The position numbers and the translations under genes are program-made. From a virus: 64,000 bases of DNA. The DNA is taken from positions 1 through 64,000 of IMG/VR virus record IMGVR_UViG_3300001567_000262, one strand, 5' to 3'. The notes under the pieces were generated by a model. It was not told the origin of the DNA, did no database searches, and saw only the letters and a program-made list of their open reading frames with translations. Position 1 is the stretch's first letter. The number at the start of each line of letters is the position of its first letter. Of the stretch, positions 58,250 to 64,000 are shown piece by piece.

Positions 58250-58329
58250 CTTCTCCGATGCTTTTTTACAATCCGTCTCGATTGAGCGAAACCTTGATCA
58301 GCAATACCAACAAACTTGATAATATATAT

Positions 58330-58346
58330 AGCAATAAACGTGCCAA
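58330..58346 (-). promoter_or_regulatory. Sigma-54 (-24/-12) promoter of the RiPP operon
   Basis: TTGGCACGTTTATTGCT on the minus strand matches consensus YTGGCACGNNNNTTGCW, about 80 nt upstream of the rSAM ATG. Confidence 0.85.
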
Positions 58347-58600
58347 CGCTAACCAAGATTTTGATTTGTCTGCTTATGTTTGTTTAGGTAACGGGGCACA
58401 GATTCCAAAAACGCCTTTTGTTACTGGGCAATATCAATAAAATATAGAATGGGTTTGTCTATAATAAATGCATTCCTGTAGAAACAATAACTTATAAAAA
58501 CTTGACATTGGCTATATCAGGATATAGAAAGACTATATAGGAGTCTATGTTCCGTGGACGATTGGAAGATGCTGGCCACAAAATGGGGGAGGTAGCCGTT

Positions 58601-60313
58601 ATGCGAAGAGCTGTCTTTTGTCTAATTGGGGAATTTAGCGATCAGGTGCCAAGGAATTCTGATTTATGGGAAAGATTTCGCCCCACAGTCGCCATAGGTA
58701 CGCAAAAGAACATTGAATTCACATATATGCTGATTGTTTACCAATCACAAAGGCCCGATCATGTATCACTGTTAAAGACACTATGCGATGATATTGCCCA
58801 AATTAGAGACGAGTCTGGATCGCCATCCCTTAAAATAATAGAAGTGCCCGTGGAGTTTCCCGACATTCATGATTTTGCCACTACATATACAGTCGTTCTT
58901 AAAGGATTGAAGGAATTTCTTCCCGAAGATTGTGAAGAAGTATATTTACACATGAATACAGGATTTCATACTATGCAATTTGCAATGTACACGATTGCAG
59001 AGCAGAGACTGTTGCCACAACCAATATTTCTTGTACAGACCATTCCTGGAGAGGGTGAGAGGATAAGCAATAAGGAATCAAACACAATATGTAGTGTTGC
59101 CAGAATACTCGATCTATCGTGGGTAAAATACCCAGAGATAAAAACCGATGTTGAAAAAAGAAAGTATCCCTTCCAAACAAAGTGGGATGCTACTATACCA
59201 GAAAATCAGAAACTCCGAATTTTGTACGAAAATATGATGTTGATTGGGGGGAAAACTGTCGATCCTTTGATTCTTCTTGGTCCCACGGGGTCGGGTAAAA
59301 CGTTTATTGCTAGGATTATTCATGAGCAGTGGTGTTTTATTATAAGACAGGCTAATTACGATGAAAGCAACAACGCCCCACCTTTTATGGAATTCAACTG
59401 TGCGGGATTATCAAGGGAATTAGCATATTCTCAACTATTTGGGCACAAAAAGGGCGCATTTACAGGGGCTCATGCAGATCAGTCTGGTCTTTTTGAACAA
59501 GCTGACCGCGGAACTCTGTTTCTCGATGAGATAACAGAACTTGATCTACAAACTCAAGCCATGCTATTGAAGGTTATCGATGACGGAAAATATTTTCGAT
59601 TGGGAGATTCTCGCAAAATACCACTAAAGGCAAACGTGAGAATCATTTGTGCAACAAACAAAAACCTCGAACAAATGGTACACGCGGGTGCATTCAGGGA
59701 GGATCTCTATGCCCGTTTACGAGCATGGGTGTTCAGACTTCCAAGCATAAGAGAAAGGTTGGAAGATATTGAACGCTTGATAAATGAATTCTTAGGAACC
59801 TGGAGAAAAGAAAAAGCATATGAGTTCAGATCGAAGATCGATTTTGAACCGCTCGCAAAAAAACGATACATTGATTTTTCTTGTAGCGAACAGGCACTAT
59901 GGATAGGGAATCTTAGAGATTTGCGACTATCAATTTATCGGATGGCAACTCTGGCCAGTCTTCGTAGCGATGGAAGTTATAGTATGATCAATATGGATAT
60001 TGTTGAAGAGGAGATCGAAAGGTTGAAAGACATTTGGCAAAGAAATTTTGATGATGATATTGACGATACGAATTTGTATCGCACATTGACAAAAAGAGTT
60101 AAGAACCAATACCCAGATAAATCAATCGTTATAGGGACGGAGCTGTTTTTGCGAGATATTTGCTTGGGAGAACTGAGAAAAATGGGATGGCGCGGTACTT
60201 TAGCCGAGGCTTATCGACGCATCTATTCTACCGAATCATGTAATATAAAAAATCCTACAGACCAATGGAAAAAGCGTGGCAATGCAATATCGGAGCCCGG
60301 CAACGCGGTATAG
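58601..60313 (+). CDS. rtcR: RtcR-like sigma-54 activator (CARF-like sensor + AAA+)
   Basis: WERFRPTV and HMNTGFHTMQ resemble the RtcR N-terminal domain; GPTGSGKT, intact GAFTGA, LFLDEI, FREDLYARL. Start follows GGAGG. Confidence 0.8.
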   Translation: MRRAVFCLIGEFSDQVPRNSDLWERFRPTVAIGTQKNIEFTYMLIVYQSQRPDHVSLLKTLCDDIAQIRDESGSPSLKIIEVPVEFPDIHDFATTYTVVLKGLKEFLPEDCEEVYLHMNTGFHTMQFAMYTIAEQRLLPQPIFLVQTIPGEGERISNKESNTICSVARILDLSWVKYPEIKTDVEKRKYPFQTKWDATIPENQKLRILYENMMLIGGKTVDPLILLGPTGSGKTFIARIIHEQWCFIIRQANYDESNNAPPFMEFNCAGLSRELAYSQLFGHKKGAFTGAHADQSGLFEQADRGTLFLDEITELDLQTQAMLLKVIDDGKYFRLGDSRKIPLKANVRIICATNKNLEQMVHAGAFREDLYARLRAWVFRLPSIRERLEDIERLINEFLGTWRKEKAYEFRSKIDFEPLAKKRYIDFSCSEQALWIGNLRDLRLSIYRMATLASLRSDGSYSMINMDIVEEEIERLKDIWQRNFDDDIDDTNLYRTLTKRVKNQYPDKSIVIGTELFLRDICLGELRKMGWRGTLAEAYRRIYSTESCNIKNPTDQWKKRGNAISEPGNAV

Positions 60314-60456
60314 CATAAAAATATTTTCATTCAAAGCGGTTTCCAGCTCCAGTATTTTGTTGTTTTCGACCGTTTCAGGCTCCAGAACGCAAGAACGCCA
60401 CAATGTTCATTGCGATCATATATGGTATAATTCACACAGTGGATCTGTGATAGGAG

Positions 60457-61563
60457 ATGGCGGCGCTGAAAAACAAAAATTATTCTCATAATCGAACTCG
60501 ACTTCTTCTTATTAGAATCTCCTTACTGCTATTTTTGTTTGCGCCCGCCTTTGCGCTGATAACGTTCAAGGGGGACGCAAATACTCCACAGCTCGTAATG
60601 AGCGTTATTGATGTGGGGCAAGGCGATTCCATTCTCGTTGAATTTCCCAACGGGCAGGATATGTTGGTCGACGCTGGTCCACGAAGCGCCGGGCCGACTG
60701 TAGTGGATTATCTTCAAAAAAGAAACATCTCAAGAATCAACATTCTGGTGGCGACGCACCCGCACGAGGATCACATCGGCGGGATGATGAATGTTCTGGA
60801 CACGTTCCCGGTGGATAAGGCTTGGGACTCTGGGTACTCTCATGGATCGAAAACACAGGAGAACTTTCTTCAGGCGATAAAAGATAAAGGCATCAGATTT
60901 GGAATGCCCAAGGCCGGGTTCTCCCAGCAGGTCGGAGATGCGAAAATAGAAGTGCTGGCCCCGGTACGCGCTCTTTCCGGCACGAACAGCGACGCGAACA
61001 ATAACAGTGTCGTGATTCGCATATCCTATCAGCAAACCAGTTTTCTATTGACCGGCGACATGGAAAGCGAGGAGCGTTCGACCATCTCGTCATGGCCGAA
61101 AACAACAGTCTTAAAGGTTGCGCATCACGGGTCCAGAAACGGCACGGACAGATATTTTCTTTCCTCGTTATCGTCTAAGATGGCTGTCATATCGTGCGCC
61201 CAGGGAAACAGCTATGGACACCCCCACTCATCAACGATATCCGCGCTCATGAACGCCGGTATCAAAATCTATGACACAGAAGATGTCGGCACCGTTGTTC
61301 TTTCATCGGACGGGAAAACCGTTAACGTGAAAACACTCGGAGCGTCCTCTCACTCGTCATCATACGGGCCGTCGGGAAACAACAAGAGCAAGGAACAGCC
61401 GTCTCCAGGCGGCGCGGGAAACTACATCGGAAACAAGAACAGCAAAATATTTCATCGCCAGAGTTGCAGTTCGCTTCCAGCGGAAAAGAACCGTGTGTAT
61501 TTCAACACACGGGATGAGGCGATTTCACAGGGGTATCGGCCATGCAAAAGATGCAATCCATAA
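60457..61563 (+). CDS. ComEC/Rec2-type MBL-fold hydrolase with a C-terminal Ada-like zinc domain; N-terminal membrane anchor/signal
   Basis: DVGQGD, THPHEDHIGG, LLTGD, KVAHHGS, YGHPH; FH..SC..GYRPC.RC.P. Confidence 0.9.
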   Translation: MAALKNKNYSHNRTRLLLIRISLLLFLFAPAFALITFKGDANTPQLVMSVIDVGQGDSILVEFPNGQDMLVDAGPRSAGPTVVDYLQKRNISRINILVATHPHEDHIGGMMNVLDTFPVDKAWDSGYSHGSKTQENFLQAIKDKGIRFGMPKAGFSQQVGDAKIEVLAPVRALSGTNSDANNNSVVIRISYQQTSFLLTGDMESEERSTISSWPKTTVLKVAHHGSRNGTDRYFLSSLSSKMAVISCAQGNSYGHPHSSTISALMNAGIKIYDTEDVGTVVLSSDGKTVNVKTLGASSHSSSYGPSGNNKSKEQPSPGGAGNYIGNKNSKIFHRQSCSSLPAEKNRVYFNTRDEAISQGYRPCKRCNP

Positions 61564-61775
61564 AAGGATTCGTAGACAGAATTGAAGAAACCACGGCGGT
61601 CGTCCTCCTCGGCGACGACGAGTCTGTGAAAGTTAATATCCCCGTTTCCTGGCTCCCAAAGGGTATCAAGGAAGGCACGGTCATCAATTTTGGTGTGTCG
61701 GTGGATGAAGACGCCATCAACGCCGGAAAAGGCCGAGTGCAATCTCTGCTCGATTCCATGTCCAACGAGCCCTGA
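61542..61775 (+). CDS. DUF3006 family protein
   Basis: VDRIEE..AV..LP.GIKEG.V pattern; usual partner of ComEC-like MBL genes. Confidence 0.8.
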   Translation: MQKMQSIKGFVDRIEETTAVVLLGDDESVKVNIPVSWLPKGIKEGTVINFGVSVDEDAINAGKGRVQSLLDSMSNEP

Positions 61776-61975
61776 ATCCTGCGGTCTTTACCCGCTTTCC
61801 CACCCATATTTTATCCTAACATTGAACAGACGGATTTCGGCGTATACGGCGTACTTTAACGCCCGTATTTGTACTGTTTTTAGTCCTCCAGATATGCTAA
61901 TATGGGCTATAATAGCGTTTAAGATTGCAATGCTTTAATATTCTCATTATTTTAACATTATTCTTAATATATTGG

Positions 61976-62008
61976 CTTGACTTAACCCGCCCCCTGCTCC
62001 AATATGTG
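61976..62008 (+). promoter_or_regulatory. Conserved 33-bp promoter/operator upstream of the amidoligase module
   Basis: CTTGACTTAACCCGCCCCCTGCTCCAATATGTG contains a TTGACT -35; 27/33 identical to 13597-13629 (-). Confidence 0.6.
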
Positions 62009-62067
62009 TGTAGATTTAAAAAGCCCTGCAATCAAAGGCTTTTTCACGGAAACGGAGGCGGAAGACG

Positions 62068-62967
62068 ATGGATTTGAAAGACATCAGATTCGGGATCGAG
62101 ATCGAGACGGTAAGACAGACGCGGGAAAAGGTTGCGCGGGCCATCCAATCGGTGGTCGGCGGCACGGTGCTGCACACCGGAATGCCGCAATGCCACGACC
62201 CATGGGAGGTCACCGACGACCGCGGCCGCAAATGGAAAGTGGTGGCCGACGGGTCGCTCACCAACGTGGATGCAAAGTATCGGGCTGAAATCGTAAGCCC
62301 GATACTTGTTTACGGGGACATCGACCAGCTCCAGGAAGTGGTTCGGGCGGTCCGCGCGGCCGGAGCGCACACGAGCAGCCAGTGTGGCATCCACGTCCAC
62401 CTCGACGCGGATTCCTTCACCGCGAAATCCCTCGTCAACCTCGCAAAAATCGTCAACAAACAGGAAGACCTCATCGTAAAGGCCCTCGACGTAAACGAGC
62501 GGCGGTTGACCTCTTACGCGAAAAAGGTGAGCGGCGAGTTCATCGAGAAGATTGAAAAACGCAAACCGAAATCAAAAGACGAACTCAACAAGCTCTGGTA
62601 CGGCTACCAGAATCAAAGCCCGACGCACTACGATTCGACCCGCTACCGGGGATTAAACCTTCACAACGTGTGGTATCGCGGGACGGTCGAGTTCCGCTAT
62701 TTCAACGGAACGCTCCACGCCGGAAAAATCAAATCATACATTCAGTTCTGTCTCGCGCTCGGCGCAAAAGCCATCAACAGCAACGCGGCGAGCAGCCGCA
62801 AACGCGACCTGAATCCAATAAACAGCAAATACGATTTCCGGGTGTTCCTGCTCGGGCTCGGACTCATCGGCGACGAGTTCAAGACGGCACGGCAGCACCT
62901 GCTCGCAAACCTCGAGGGCGACAGCGCATTCAAGAACGGACGTCCACAAACAGAACAGGTGGCATGA
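62068..62967 (+). CDS. Amidoligase family protein (Amidoligase_2, COOH-NH2 ligase)
   Basis: [33 protein letters not shown]. Confidence 0.9.
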   Translation: MDLKDIRFGIEIETVRQTREKVARAIQSVVGGTVLHTGMPQCHDPWEVTDDRGRKWKVVADGSLTNVDAKYRAEIVSPILVYGDIDQLQEVVRAVRAAGAHTSSQCGIHVHLDADSFTAKSLVNLAKIVNKQEDLIVKALDVNERRLTSYAKKVSGEFIEKIEKRKPKSKDELNKLWYGYQNQSPTHYDSTRYRGLNLHNVWYRGTVEFRYFNGTLHAGKIKSYIQFCLALGAKAINSNAASSRKRDLNPINSKYDFRVFLLGLGLIGDEFKTARQHLLANLEGDSAFKNGRPQTEQVA

Positions 62968-62980
62968 CGGAGGGCACGAA

Positions 62981-63205
62981 ATGAAAATCAGAGTGAAGTT
63001 CGGAAAGAACCCGTACAGCAACAGATTTGTCTGTGGACACTGCCAGGAGCCGTTCGAGCGCGGCGGATTCTTTATTCGGCTCGAGCATGGCGGACAGGTC
63101 GTCGACATACCGGTCTGTCCGCGATGCTGGGAATCGGGCGATCTCCTCGAAGGAATGATCGACCTGAGCGTCCATAATGCGTCACATCCGATTGGGTTGG
63201 CGTAA
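62981..63205 (+). CDS. Small CxxC..CxxC hypothetical protein
   Basis: RBS-preceded ORF with CGHC and CPRC. Confidence 0.55.
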   Translation: MKIRVKFGKNPYSNRFVCGHCQEPFERGGFFIRLEHGGQVVDIPVCPRCWESGDLLEGMIDLSVHNASHPIGLA

Positions 63206-63227
63206 ATTGCGAAAGGAGGCGGTTGCA

Positions 63228-63470
63228 ATGCGTATCGAACTGCGGGGCGGCGAGAAATTCAGCGGGTCGCCGATGAAAATCGTTACCCAGATGAAAGGCT
63301 CGACGATGTTTTCGGACGTGAAGACCATCCGTGAATACGTGGACATGGTGCTTCGCAACGCGAAGATGGTGGAGAACGTCGAACTGACGGTGAAGGGAAA
63401 CACGGACGAGGAACTCGCGCGGTCGCTCGTTTCCGAGTTGATCGAGCGCGGTCTTGCGAAGGAGGTATAG
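63228..63470 (+). CDS. Hypothetical protein
   Basis: ATG follows AGGAGG. Confidence 0.6.
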   Translation: MRIELRGGEKFSGSPMKIVTQMKGSTMFSDVKTIREYVDMVLRNAKMVENVELTVKGNTDEELARSLVSELIERGLAKEV

Positions 63471-63472
63471 GC

Positions 63473-63688
63473 ATGGACGACGATCCCATCGGAAAAATCG
63501 ACCGTTTCATCACCGAGGAAAATTGCTACATGGTGATGGGACAGTTCCGGCGACTTGGTGTCCTGACGAAAGCGGACGTTCACAAAGCCATGGGCATGAA
63601 CCGGGTTGCGTGGATTAATTTCATGAAGGAGAAAGTCGGAATCCCCGGGCCGGAAATCAAAGCGAAAGGAGAACGGAATGTCGAATAA
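63473..63688 (+). CDS. Hypothetical protein
   Basis: GGAGG RBS; co-oriented. Confidence 0.55.
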   Translation: MDDDPIGKIDRFITEENCYMVMGQFRRLGVLTKADVHKAMGMNRVAWINFMKEKVGIPGPEIKAKGERNVE

Positions 63689-64000
63689 GAAAAAGCGGAA
63701 CGCGCCGCATGATGACGCACCGCGATATGCGGGACTGAATCCGATAATTGTCATCAATGAGCCCGAAGAATCGCTTTACGTGATTGCGGATTTCTCACTT
63801 CCGAGCACTCTACGCATGCGCCGCATCATGTCTAAGAAATTAGCAAACGGAAATATCGATGCCGTTATATATGAAGGGATTGTCGGTCCGGACAGAACAT
63901 GCAAAAAGAAATTCAACCTTCTGTACATGAATGATGTGCCGAAAGAGAAGTTCTGGAATGCGGTAAAGGCTCTCCAATTTCTATATCAGGCCGCAGGCGG
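63678..64000 (+). CDS. Hypothetical protein, truncated by the window end
   Basis: ATG at 63678 follows AAGGAG; frame open to the end (MSNKKKRNAPHDD...). Confidence 0.5.
   Translation, partial: MSNKKKRNAPHDDAPRYAGLNPIIVINEPEESLYVIADFSLPSTLRMRRIMSKKLANGNIDAVIYEGIVGPDRTCKKKFNLLYMNDVPKEKFWNAVKALQFLYQAAG

Larger units (their letters stand above)
51610..60420. other. AT-rich accessory island (moron) inside the prophage
   Basis: Visible switch to AT-rich sequence and codon usage between the holin-like gene and the ComEC-like gene. Confidence 0.8.
1..64000 (+). mobile_element. Prophage, temperate myovirus type (contractile tail); both ends lie outside the window or are not recognisable
   Basis: Co-oriented replication, packaging, head, tail, baseplate and lysis modules in canonical order. 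The amidoligase module after 62 kb shares a 33-bp upstream motif with the recombinase cassette at 13.6 kb. Confidence 0.9.

Noticed and set aside
60295-60304. AGCCCGGCAA at the end of rtcR as a third attenuator copy
   Set aside because: Single short match inside a CDS, without the other boxes or the complementary arm.

Overview
Nearly the whole window is a temperate myovirus-type prophage read on the + strand. Neither att end nor the host boundary is visible. Gene order: two sigma-70-like genes; a recombination/replication module (PD-(D/E)XK nuclease, AAA ATPase, DUF669 SSB, ERCC4 nuclease, RecD2-like helicase, primase-ATPase) ending in an iteron-type origin; terS and terL separated by an opposite-strand tyrosine-recombinase cassette; portal; a 1519-aa MuF minor head protein with kinase-like and ART-like extensions; a 1189-aa fusion of two N6-adenine DNA methyltransferase domains with a prohead protease/scaffold; capsid, neck, contractile tail, baseplate, two receptor-binding proteins and lysis genes. 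An AT-rich island (~51.6-60.4 kb) follows. It carries an apparently undescribed RiPP-type operon: radical SAM/SPASM enzyme, PqqD/RRE, an unannotated 40-aa Cys-rich precursor, amidohydrolase-GNAT, AsnRS-like ligase, prenyltransferase-fold protein and a frameshifted B12-radical SAM. The operon sits behind a consensus sigma-54 promoter, divergent from an RtcR-like CARF-AAA+ activator. A ComEC-like MBL hydrolase/DUF3006 pair and an amidoligase module close the window. All product calls come from motif recognition by eye; no database search was run. No CRISPR array, rRNA or tRNA gene was seen.
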